In this document: piece by piece, positions 21,403 to 30,364 of the stretch | How positions within the stretch are numbered: position 1 is the stretch's first letter | Layout: every line of letters starts with the position of its first letter | Program-made: the position numbers and the translations under genes | The notes under the pieces: model-generated | The model's database searches: none | What the model was told of the DNA's origin: nothing | The model's input: the letters and a program-made list of their open reading frames with translations, nothing else | Origin: Candidatus Latescibacterota bacterium | Lineage (GTDB): Bacteria; Latescibacterota; CBDEFO01 | DNA length: 64,000 bases | Direction of reading: 5' to 3' | NCBI GenBank assembly: GCA_965248755.1 | Contig: OZ252149.1 | Span: forward strand, 2,368,001 to 2,432,000

Positions 21403-22461
21403 ATGCTTGAAAGAGACGCTTTGTTAATCGGCGTGTCGGGAGAAATGCAGGGGAAGGAGATTTCTTTATCCCGCTTTCCTTTCAAAGTAGGCAGGGACGT
21501 GACGAAGGACAAAAGGCCGAGATATAAGGAGAATACGCCCGGCAACTACCTCTATCTGGTAGATGCGGACGACCGGCTTAATGTCTCAAAGGAACATTTT
21601 CAGATCGATTTTAGAGACGGTATGTTCTATATATCTGACCTGGGGAGCGTCTGCGGCACGATAGTCAACGGGATACGTATCGGCGGCGACAGGAAGAGCG
21701 GCCAGGTGCTCCTGGACAGAGAGTTCAACGATATTGTTGTTGGAAGGACCGATTCCCCTTTCCGATTTAAGCTGATCCTACGAAAGTCTGTGAATGTATA
21801 CTCAGGGGGGAGACTCATATTGACGGCTGCAGGGCAGACGACGCCCACCACAGAACATCCACCGCAGTACAGATTGAACAAGGTCAGGTGCCTGATCGGG
21901 AGATCTGAAGACAGCGATCTGAAGCTCCCGTTCAAAGGAGTGTCCGAAAGACATGCTCAGATATTCAGGTCGGGAATATACACCCTGGTGGATGTCGGGA
22001 GCGCTGACGGGGGGGTCGCGAATGAGTTAAGGGGATCGGGGTATCCCTTGGACGATGGACAGAGGATCAAGTTCGATGATTTCGAGTTTGAGTTAGTGAC
22101 ACGGCAAGGCCAAGACAAGCTAGTGGGGAAAGATAAGCCTGCAGCGGGTAAAGAGTTTACTCTAGATAAGGATATCATAACGGTGGGCAGAGACCGGTCC
22201 TGTGACATTGTGATTCCAGATGATACAGGATCGGGCTTGAGAATTGTAGTTGCAGGAAGGTTGCAGAAAGGGTATTGGAGCTTTACGCTGGGAAATCAAG
22301 TCCAATTAACCAGAGAAGGATATAAATATACTCTTTACGATTTACACAGCTCCAGCGGGACTTTTGTAAACGGCAGGAGGTTGATGGAGAAGATTCTAAA
22401 AAGCGATGATCTCATCAAGATGGATCAGATTGTGCTTGAGTTCAAAGGAGACGATTTATAA
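21403..22461 (+). CDS. Protein with three tandem FHA domains
   Basis: VGR..VSKEH..DLGSVCGTIVNG; IGR..VSERHA..DVGSADG; VGR..DLHSSSGTFVNG. Confidence 0.85.
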   Translation: MLERDALLIGVSGEMQGKEISLSRFPFKVGRDVTKDKRPRYKENTPGNYLYLVDADDRLNVSKEHFQIDFRDGMFYISDLGSVCGTIVNGIRIGGDRKSGQVLLDREFNDIVVGRTDSPFRFKLILRKSVNVYSGGRLILTAAGQTTPTTEHPPQYRLNKVRCLIGRSEDSDLKLPFKGVSERHAQIFRSGIYTLVDVGSADGGVANELRGSGYPLDDGQRIKFDDFEFELVTRQGQDKLVGKDKPAAGKEFTLDKDIITVGRDRSCDIVIPDDTGSGLRIVVAGRLQKGYWSFTLGNQVQLTREGYKYTLYDLHSSSGTFVNGRRLMEKILKSDDLIKMDQIVLEFKGDDL

Positions 22462-22717
22462 ATTCAGCGTCAGCAGAAAGAGCCCTATAAGGGCTTTTGG
22501 ATGCAAGGTTCAGAGCTGGGATATTCAGGGAATAAGCGCGCTAATTGCGAGTGAGCCCCCTAATTGCTGGGGTTGCATATCCGAGCAAATTGGGATGAAG
22601 GATATACATCTTTGAGGGGGTCTGGAATGTTTTCTTTAGAACTGAAAATACTTGGCAGCTATTTGGGCGTTGGTGAAGTCCTACATTATAGGGATTATGG
22701 ACAGTTTGGGGGTTGTT

Positions 22718-23356
22718 GTGAAGGGATACTTTATAACTTTTGAGGGCATAGATGGTTGCGGGAAGTCCACCCAGGTACGGCGGCTGGGGGAGAGACTGCA
22801 GGGCAAAGGGATAGATGTAGTAATTACCAGAGAGCCCGGGGGAACAGAGATTTCGGAGTGGATTTCAAAGCTTGTAAAGGATAAGAGGAATGCAAGGATA
22901 GGAGGGCTCACGGAGCTTTTTCTCTATATGGCAAGCAGATCTCAGCACGTTGAGGAAGTAATCGGACCTTCGGTTAAAGAGGGAAAGATTTTGGTATCCG
23001 AGCGTTTCTCAGATTCTACCTTAGCATATCAGGGCTACGGAAGACAGTTGGATATGAAGGTTATCTCCTCTTTGAACAGCATAGCTACGAAGGGGATAGC
23101 GCCGGACCTTACAATATTGATAGATTTACCTGTTGATGTGGCGCAGGGCAGGATAGAGCAAAGAGGAACCCCGCCTGACCGGCTGGAAAGCGAGGACAGG
23201 GAGTTTCACTGCAGAGTCAAAAAAGGGTATCTGGAGATAGCCAGGATAGAGCCACAGCGGGTCATTATAATAGATGGAAGTAGGGGCGTAGAAAGTGTTT
23301 GGGGGGAGGTAAAGAAGGTGATCTGGGAGAGACTGCACTCGCTTTTGGCTCTGTGA
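22718..23356 (+). CDS. tmk: Thymidylate kinase
   Basis: FITFEGIDGCGKST, TREPGGT, ERFSDSTLAYQGYGR. Confidence 0.96.
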   Translation: MKGYFITFEGIDGCGKSTQVRRLGERLQGKGIDVVITREPGGTEISEWISKLVKDKRNARIGGLTELFLYMASRSQHVEEVIGPSVKEGKILVSERFSDSTLAYQGYGRQLDMKVISSLNSIATKGIAPDLTILIDLPVDVAQGRIEQRGTPPDRLESEDREFHCRVKKGYLEIARIEPQRVIIIDGSRGVESVWGEVKKVIWERLHSLLAL

Positions 23357-23442
23357 TGTATGACACAACCCAGAAACACTATATCCTTTGAGTGATATAC
23401 AATAAATACTGAGATTAATGTCTTTTCTCAAGGAGATTAGGT

Positions 23443-25308
23443 ATGAAGCGCAAATGGACCTTAATCGTTTTTCTAATCATCCTGACAGCAGGATGGGGAT
23501 TGTATTCAGACTACGCTACGGGCAAGGATAAATATCAGGATGTGGACGAGGACATGGAGGATATGTGGGATGTGTACAAAAAGATTCTGTACCACTACTA
23601 TAAGGAGCTGGAACCGGACGATGTGCTTGAAACTGGGATAGAGGGGATGTTGAGCGACTTGGATCCCTACAGTCAGTTCCTAAATGAGAGGGCAGCGGAA
23701 CAGTTGAGAATAGATACCAAGGGAGAATTCGGGGGATTAGGGATCAGCATATCCCAAAAGGACCGCTATCCCACTGTCATATGGACACTGGAGGGGACGC
23801 CGGCTGATAAGGTAGGCCTTTTAGCGGGCGATCGAATCGTGAAGATTGAGGGAGAACCTACAAGGGGCGAGAGTCTGGGTAACGTGGTTGCGCTTTTAAG
23901 GGGCGTTCCGGGAACTCAGGTGAACATTACGGTAGAAAGGGAGGGCCTTGACACGCCAATAGAGTTCTCGATTATAAGAGCTGTGATTACTATTAAGAGT
24001 GTGTCGTTTGCGGATGTGATCGAGGACAGCATAGGCTACATACGGATGTTCCAGACGCGGTTTTCAGAAGATACGGAACGGGATATTCAAAAGGCTCTCC
24101 TAAAATTCAAGCAGGAGGGCGCGGTGGGTATTATCCTGGATTTGAGGAACAATCCAGGAGGATTACTGCCGCAGGCAACTGAGGTGGCAGACAAGTTCTT
24201 AAAGAAAGGAGACACAATCCTTTCAACCAGGGGGAGAGGACATGGTCAGGAACGGATTTACAGGGCGGAACAAGACCCCGTAATCGAGGACGTGCCCTTG
24301 ATAGTTCTGGTGAACAGTCAGAGTGCTAGTGCAGCAGAGATCGTAGCTGGGGCTATCCAGGATTCAGACAGGGGGTTAATATTAGGTGCTACAACCTTTG
24401 GGAAGGGGTCTGTGCAGACAGTGATGAGCGTGGGTGATGGGTCTTTGCTTAAGTTGACCACCGCTTTGTATTATACTCCCAGCGGGAGGAGCATTCATAA
24501 GGACCGGAAAGGTCTGGGCGGAATTATCCCTGTAGATGGGAGACTAATAAGCATAGACGCTTTGATCTCAATTATCAAGGACGCAACGGATGAAGATTCG
24601 ATGAAGAGTCTTTTGATGGAAAAGTTAGGCCTTACATACAATCAGGCAGAATTTATTATGAATAAGAATCTGGCCCAGTTGGTGTCTCAGGCTGCACAGG
24701 AGGTCGATAGTGAAAAAGAAAAGAAATTAACGGCGGGAGGGCGAACAGTATACGGAGGAGGGGGCATAGACCCCGATATAGTGGTGGACGATGATATTCC
24801 TCGCTATGCGCTTGAGCTTATGAAGAAGAGGATGTTTTTCTCATTTGCGGTTCACTATGCGGCTTCGCATCCGAATATAGGGAAGAATTTTGAGTTGGAC
24901 GATGACGCGATAGCCCAATTTAGGGAGTTTATAGCGGATACTTCTCAGGGCTTCGATTATGTAGTCGAAGGCGAGATGCAGTTAGAAGACCTTGAGGAAA
25001 TCCTGAACAAAAACGGGTACAGGCAAGAGGCAGAAACGCATCTGCAAATCTTGAAAAAGCAGATAGAGGAACAGGAAGAAAAGGATTTCCAGGAAAGTTT
25101 GGATTATATTAAAGGCTCAATTGCCATGCAGATTGCATCGAGGCTCTGGGGCGAAGAAGCCAGGTACAGAGCGGGGTTTGAAATAGATAAGCAGCTGCGG
25201 GCTGCTATTGACATTCTGAAGGATCCCGAGGTCTATGAAGAGTATTTGAAAGGAACAGAATTAGCACGTGGGAATGATATACCTGGTCAAGGTAAATTAA
25301 GGAAGTAG
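23443..25308 (+). CDS. S41 C-terminal processing protease (CtpA/Prc) with PDZ domain
   Basis: Signal anchor, LDPYS, GLGI (PDZ), LDLRNNPGGLL, SASAAEI, GKGSVQ, GGGGIDPD. Confidence 0.93.
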   Translation: MKRKWTLIVFLIILTAGWGLYSDYATGKDKYQDVDEDMEDMWDVYKKILYHYYKELEPDDVLETGIEGMLSDLDPYSQFLNERAAEQLRIDTKGEFGGLGISISQKDRYPTVIWTLEGTPADKVGLLAGDRIVKIEGEPTRGESLGNVVALLRGVPGTQVNITVEREGLDTPIEFSIIRAVITIKSVSFADVIEDSIGYIRMFQTRFSEDTERDIQKALLKFKQEGAVGIILDLRNNPGGLLPQATEVADKFLKKGDTILSTRGRGHGQERIYRAEQDPVIEDVPLIVLVNSQSASAAEIVAGAIQDSDRGLILGATTFGKGSVQTVMSVGDGSLLKLTTALYYTPSGRSIHKDRKGLGGIIPVDGRLISIDALISIIKDATDEDSMKSLLMEKLGLTYNQAEFIMNKNLAQLVSQAAQEVDSEKEKKLTAGGRTVYGGGGIDPDIVVDDDIPRYALELMKKRMFFSFAVHYAASHPNIGKNFELDDDAIAQFREFIADTSQGFDYVVEGEMQLEDLEEILNKNGYRQEAETHLQILKKQIEEQEEKDFQESLDYIKGSIAMQIASRLWGEEARYRAGFEIDKQLRAAIDILKDPEVYEEYLKGTELARGNDIPGQGKLRK

Positions 25309-25522
25309 TGCTTTTTCGGTAGAGTTTTTACACGTTGGCTATCGTCAGTATCAAGAAAGATATTATGCCAGCAAGATATGGCACCTAATATAGGTTCATT
25401 TAGTTTTCCGTGTTGATGCCAAGGAGGGCTAAAGTCGGCCAGGGATAGATAGCAAACAAGCTATAAGGTAAGCCAAGCCTTGCTAATCTCCAAAAGAAAC
25501 TGCATGGTTCTGGAGTTATGTT

Positions 25523-25538
25523 CGGCACGAACGTTGCA
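25523..25538 (+). promoter_or_regulatory. Possible sigma54 -24/-12 promoter with no evident downstream gene
   Basis: CGGCAC-GAACG-TTGCA. Confidence 0.4.
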
Positions 25539-25622
25539 CGTTTAGCTAAGCTAGTAAGAGGTTGAATTACTTTGTGATTACCAAACCTACAAAAGTGCCT
25601 AATTAGGAGAAACAGTTTACTA

Positions 25623-25892
25623 ATCCGATTAATTCATAAACTTGGTGGAGTCATTTCGAGGAGCAAAGCGGTCCCCGATTGAGTCTATCGGGGAAGCAAT
25701 CTCAAGGTTTTATAGTGGTCTCCTATGAGAGCCGGAGAGTATTACATCCACTACAGCAACCCCCGATTAAATCTATCGGGGGGATTGCTTCGCCTTCGGC
25801 TCGCAATGACACCGAAGGTGGTCAAACGGCATAACTATAATATAATACAATCCCTTAAATAATACACGGCCTTTTTTGTGAATTATTCGGGC
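25623..25892. mobile_element. MITE-like non-autonomous element containing a REP-like palindrome
   Basis: Imperfect terminal IRs (ATCCGATTAATTCATAAA versus reverse complement GCCCGAATAATTCACAAA), each flanked by TA; internal GTCATTTCGAG..AAGCAATC..GATTGCTT..CTCGCAATGAC at 25650-25810. Confidence 0.5.
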
Positions 25893-26240
25893 TAACTCAA
25901 CTCTTTGCCGACGTTCTTCAACAGTGGAATCCATTGAAACAAAATGCTAGGCCCTTGAAAATTGAAGATTTATTCTGCATATGAGGAAAATTCTTCCTGA
26001 CCAGGCCGGGGATTAGTATCCATAATGTTCCTGTACCTAAAGGATACTTTGAACCTCCTCGTGGATCTATTTGCTCAATTAAACATAGTGAGATGATAAG
26101 ATTAGTCAAGCCTCCCCAAACTGCAAAAAAGAATACTTGAGGAATCTCCTTAATGAACCAACGCCTGTGATTTAGAGTATGAAAGTCTTCATATAAGGGT
26201 TTTGCTCTTTTGAGGAGCTACCCTGCCAGGGAGGATAAAG

Positions 26241-27866
26241 CCGACATTCCCCATATCACATTCATGAGGGATTATATTTCGATACATTCTTGTTTCTGAA
26301 TTAATATTACCACTTTTACATTTTTCAACAAGTACTTTTTTCAATTAAAATAGTATTTTCCTCTGAATTATCACTTTCTTTGTGTTTAAATCCTCCAATT
26401 AGAGACACCTCTCCATCGACTCACAAAAAAATGTGGCAGTTTAAACAGAATAACATCGCAATCGTTCAATCCGGGATAATATTTCGGCAAATAACCTCTT
26501 GTCTATCCCAACCTCAGCCATTTGAAACGTAATATATCCGCTGTGTCTGACAATCTTCGCTCCGATTTTGATAAATTTCACGAGGAGGCTGCGTAGTGAC
26601 CAGTGTTTGATTTTCTTCGGAAGAACAAAACGTCGCAGGAAGTTGCCCAAGTTGTAAGCCAGAACAAACAGCCAGAGCCTCACCTGATTGGAGACGAAAC
26701 GCTTGCATGAGAGTCGGGTCCAGTTCAGAGCATACTTGCCCTCCTTAATCCACTGCTCAGCTCTGCCACGGCCATTGTAGAAGTGTACCACGCCTTCTGG
26801 CTTGGCGCTCATGTTGGTCACGATAAATCCCACTCTTGGGAATAACTCCCCTTGGTGCCATTCAACCTTGGCGACCACTCGCCTCGATTGATCCCAACTG
26901 GCCGCTTTATATTGAAATTCATATAACGATACAATCGGTTTCCTCGGCGGTCGTCCAACTGGCCGAGTCAGCAGGTATCGTATCTTTTCATAGAGTATCT
27001 CATTTGCGGGAAGCCGAATGGCATACAAATAGCCGTTTCCCTCCAGATAATCATAAATCTCAGGCTTTGCGAATGCAGCATCGCCTCGAAAGTATTTCCT
27101 ATTCTTCTTGCTCTCGTATCTCTTGACGATCGGTTCCAGAACTTCCTTCCAACGATCAGCACTGTGAACATTACCAGAGCGAAGTAGGACTCCTTCACAA
27201 TCCCCGAACTGATTGAAGCAGAACACTGGATGAAAACAGGTACATCCGAAATGACCGTTGTAAGCTGATCCTTCCTGCTGGCCATGTACCGGACTCTCCG
27301 AACTGTCCATGTCCAGAATGATTCGTTGATGCTGTGTTTTACTCATCGCTTTTTGAACCCACTTGCCATTGATATCTGACAAGTTTCTGAGATTGTCATG
27401 CTGAGTCAGTATATCAGTTTCAAAACGTCCTATCGTGTTGGAGCTGGCAGCTTGCCTGCCTTTGTCCTTCTTTCCGGTAATCGCTCGCATGACGGGATCA
27501 ACGGATAATCGCTCGGCGTCATTTACATCTTCATATCCTGCAAGACGGCTGTATATCGATTGACGCAGGAGAGTAGATATATCATGTTGGATATTACGGC
27601 CTGTGCGTTTATCGGTAAAAACCGCTGATACCGAATCAAATAATCCCAGTGCGTAATCAAGGTCACGATACGCAAGAAGTCCACCGTTTGATGTCACCTT
27701 TGCACCATGAAATTCAAGCTTTATTCCTCCATCAAAACCTACTTTGATTCTTTCACCCTCTGGATGATCAATATTTATCCGCCATTTATGAGTCTTATTT
27801 ATTGTAATATAACATGTTCTGGCGACTTTGACAACCATTTTTCGGGTCTAATATGGCGAATGGGGG
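26241..27866 (-). mobile_element. IS1380-family insertion sequence, 1626 bp
   Basis: IRs CCGACATTCCCCATAT / CCCCCATTCGCCATAT; 5-bp duplication TAAAG at 26236-26240 and 27867-27871. Confidence 0.88.
26441..27838 (-). CDS. IS1380-family DDE transposase
   Basis: AGYEDVNDA, ILDMDSS, HGQQEGSAYNGHF, FRGDAAF, FYNGRGRAEQWIKEGK; true start uncertain. Confidence 0.92.
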   Translation of the reverse strand: MVVKVARTCYITINKTHKWRINIDHPEGERIKVGFDGGIKLEFHGAKVTSNGGLLAYRDLDYALGLFDSVSAVFTDKRTGRNIQHDISTLLRQSIYSRLAGYEDVNDAERLSVDPVMRAITGKKDKGRQAASSNTIGRFETDILTQHDNLRNLSDINGKWVQKAMSKTQHQRIILDMDSSESPVHGQQEGSAYNGHFGCTCFHPVFCFNQFGDCEGVLLRSGNVHSADRWKEVLEPIVKRYESKKNRKYFRGDAAFAKPEIYDYLEGNGYLYAIRLPANEILYEKIRYLLTRPVGRPPRKPIVSLYEFQYKAASWDQSRRVVAKVEWHQGELFPRVGFIVTNMSAKPEGVVHFYNGRGRAEQWIKEGKYALNWTRLSCKRFVSNQVRLWLFVLAYNLGNFLRRFVLPKKIKHWSLRSLLVKFIKIGAKIVRHSGYITFQMAEVGIDKRLFAEILSRIERLRCYSV

Positions 27867-28091
27867 TAAAGATCACATCTTCTATTGTGAGATGACGATT
27901 AGAGACGATCCTTCAATCAGCGCGGTGAGGTACAACTATATAAAGGAGCGAAAATCACGGAAGCAGGTGAGTTACATTTTAGCGAAGGAGGTTTTAGAGA
28001 GATGAGTGGGCGATTTAGCCTTTGTATGTGAGTTTAGAAGATGTGACTATGATATTCTGAACGTTTGATTGGATCGTTTCAGAAAAAAGTC

Positions 28092-28120
28092 TTGACATAT
28101 ACGGAAAACGCTTTTAATTT
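28092..28120 (+). promoter_or_regulatory. Sigma70 promoter of the tRNA pair
   Basis: TTGACA-17 nt-TAATTT about 10 nt upstream of tRNA-Gly. Confidence 0.7.
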
Positions 28121-28130
28121 CATTTCAGAG

Positions 28131-28205
28131 GCGGGAATAGCTCAGTGGTAGAGCCCTACCTTGCCAAGGTAGTTGTCGCGGGTTCGAATCCCGTTTCCCG
28201 CTCCA
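28131..28205 (+). tRNA. tRNA-Gly(GCC)
   Basis: Acceptor GCGGGAA/TTCCCGC, anticodon arm CTACC-TTGCCAA-GGTAG, GGTTCGAATCC, CCA end. Confidence 0.97.
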
Positions 28206-28245
28206 TTTGTTTAGGAATTTACCTGTTGGGACGAGGAGTTCAACA

Positions 28246-28320
28246 GGCGGCATAGCCAAGCGGTAAGGCGAGGGTCTGCAAAACCCTTATTCCCCAGTTC
28301 GAATCTGGGTGCCGCCTCCA
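28246..28320 (+). tRNA. tRNA-Cys(GCA)
   Basis: Acceptor GGCGGCA/TGCCGCC, anticodon arm AGGGT-CTGCAAA-ACCCT, GTTCGAATC, CCA end. Confidence 0.97.
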
Positions 28321-28346
28321 AACACTCAAAAGATTGTCGAGATTCG

Positions 28347-28382
28347 AAGCAGCTGGATGAGCAATTATCCAGCTGCTTTTTT
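28347..28382 (+). terminator. Intrinsic terminator after the tRNAs
   Basis: AAGCAGCTGGAT...ATCCAGCTGCTT followed by a T-run. Confidence 0.85.
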
Positions 28383-28393
28383 ATGAGGTTTTC

Positions 28394-28756
28394 ATGAAAA
28401 TTACATCTTTAGATCTCCATGCTGTTGACATTCCTGACAGGGCGTGGGGTTGGCCGGACGAGGCCTTCGGGATGCCGTTGCATCGAAAAGACCTTATGGC
28501 GTTCATCCTGATCCGGACGGATGAGAGGGTAGATGAAGTCGGGGCGGTAGGACTTTACTGCGGTCCCCCAAAGGGTGAGTCAGAGGTGGATACATGGCCC
28601 GGACGGGATCCCATGAGGGTTAATCTTGCACTCCTGGACACGCCGCCTGCGAACAGGAAAGCCTTCAAGTCCGCAATACTGGACATAAGGGGCAAGGTGT
28701 TGGGGTGTCCGATCTCAGAATGGATGCTATCCAGAAATACGGGGATGAGGGGATAA
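28394..28756 (+). pseudogene. Mandelate racemase/enolase-superfamily N-terminal fragment
   Basis: MKITSLDLHAV start and SAILDIRGKVLGCPI (compare ALWDIKGKALGVPV); no C-terminal barrel follows. Confidence 0.6.
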
Positions 28757-28799
28757 AAGGGCTACAGTGATAGCTGGGAAAGACTCTGCTTAAGTCTGG

Positions 28800-29543
28800 G
28801 AGATACAAGCTATGACCCCTACGAGGACATCGCCGACCGGTATGAACTATTCTACGAAACTGATCCAGAGATAGTTGAGTTTTTGCGAAGACTCTTTTTT
28901 GACAATCATGTTCATAAGGTTCTGGACTGTGCCTGCGGAACGGGACGCAAGCTTCTCTTGTTTCATTCCCTGGGCCGCGATGTCATTGGCTCCGACCTCT
29001 CAGAATCTATGCTCACAGAAGCACAGAGAAACCCAGATAAAGTCGGTATAAGTGTGCCGCTTCACAAAGTGGACTACCGCGAACTGCCACAGCTTTTCAG
29101 TGAGCGATTCGACGCCGTTGTATTCTGGTCTGCCGCGATATTTCACCTACCTAACGATGATGAAAGATCACAGGCCTTTCACAGTATGCGCACTGTATTA
29201 GCTAAAGACGGAATACTGGTCGTGGACCAAGGAATGACGGACAAGCATGGAACGAGAAAAGCAGTTCATTCGTAATAGCATTACTGGGGACGTTTCGCGG
29301 CTCTATGTAATCGACTGCGTCGCCGAAAGATGCTGTCGGTACAACGTTTTGGATATCTTTCATAGCCAGGAGGCCAATGATCTAAAGGTCTGGACTACCG
29401 ACGTCCATATTCTTCTGAGAGATGATCATGAAAAGCTGCCAAAAGCGGTGGGCTTCAGAGCAGTGGACTTTTATGGCACTTACAATTTCGATTCATACAA
29501 TAAAGAGACGAGCCTTAGATTGATAGCTATGGCTCGTAAGTGA
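28800..29543 (+). pseudogene. Class I SAM-dependent methyltransferase, frameshifted
   Basis: YDPYEDIADRYE...VLDCACGTG...FDAV; continues in a different frame (29247..29543); no clear start codon. Confidence 0.7.
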
Positions 29544-29789
29544 CCAGCGCAGCATTGAACGCAAGGATGTCGGCCTCTATGCCCTTCATCGCATGCTACC
29601 CATCATCTGTGAGCCGATGGCTTGCCGCCTCGAATCAGTTCTAACAAACTGGCACGTTCTTCATCTGTTGGTTGGTAAAACTCTAGCTTAATACCTCCCT
29701 AGAATCTCGAATTCCACCTTTTTGTGCATCACAGCTATCCAAAAGTTCAGCAAGCCCTTGATTTTTTTTATGGTCGCTAAAAATTTCTC

Positions 29790-29864
29790 TTGCGTTTGGA
29801 CGTAATTTTCTATATTATAGCGGGTCGGAGTGGGATAAAGTGGGCTGAAAGGGATAATAGAGGG
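29790..29864 (+). promoter_or_regulatory. mraZ/dcw promoter with MraZ-binding repeats
   Basis: TTGCGT-17 nt-TATTAT (29790-29818); GTGGG 29830, GTGGG 29840, AGGG 29850, GAGGG 29860 at 10-bp spacing. Confidence 0.7.
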
Positions 29865-29891
29865 CATTTTGTATAGAGGATAGGGCTTGTA

Positions 29892-30362
29892 ATGCCGCAC
29901 TTCATGGGAGAATATGAAAGGGTCAATGTAGATCCGAAGGGGAGGATCAATATACCCTCGTCTTTTCGCAGAACTCTTTCTCCTGAAGCCAGGGAGACCT
30001 TTGTGGTATCAATGGGCTATGATGGGTGTCTTGCGGTTAGGCCTTTAGACGAGTGGAACAAGTTTACGGATGAAATAAGACGGTTGTCCACAAATGAGAA
30101 GAAGGCGAGGCAGTATATAAGGACTGTGGTTTCTCGTGCGTCTGAGGCCAAGATAGACAGTCACGGGCGGATAACTGTACCAAAGGCGCTTTTAGAGAAG
30201 GTGGGCATTGATGGTAGCGTAACGGTGATTGGGGCTTTAGACTGGATAGAGTTGTGGGACCCCGAGAAATTTGAAGACTACATGAAGGATGCTGACAAGA
30301 CTTTGGAGGAGGTAGCGGAACAGTTAGATTTTAAAAACAAGGGAGGGACTAACTCAGATTAG
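29892..30362 (+). CDS. mraZ: Transcriptional regulator MraZ
   Basis: FMGEY..VDPKGRINIP, DSHGRITVP, IELWD. Confidence 0.95.
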   Translation: MPHFMGEYERVNVDPKGRINIPSSFRRTLSPEARETFVVSMGYDGCLAVRPLDEWNKFTDEIRRLSTNEKKARQYIRTVVSRASEAKIDSHGRITVPKALLEKVGIDGSVTVIGALDWIELWDPEKFEDYMKDADKTLEEVAEQLDFKNKGGTNSD

Positions 30363-30364
30363 TT

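Noticed and set aside
25918..26109. 63-aa minus-strand ORF next to the IS
   Set aside because: No recognisable motif or RBS; the region looks like decayed sequence
25309..29890. Prophage or integrative element at the tRNA pair
   Set aside because: No integrase, phage gene or att duplication is visible
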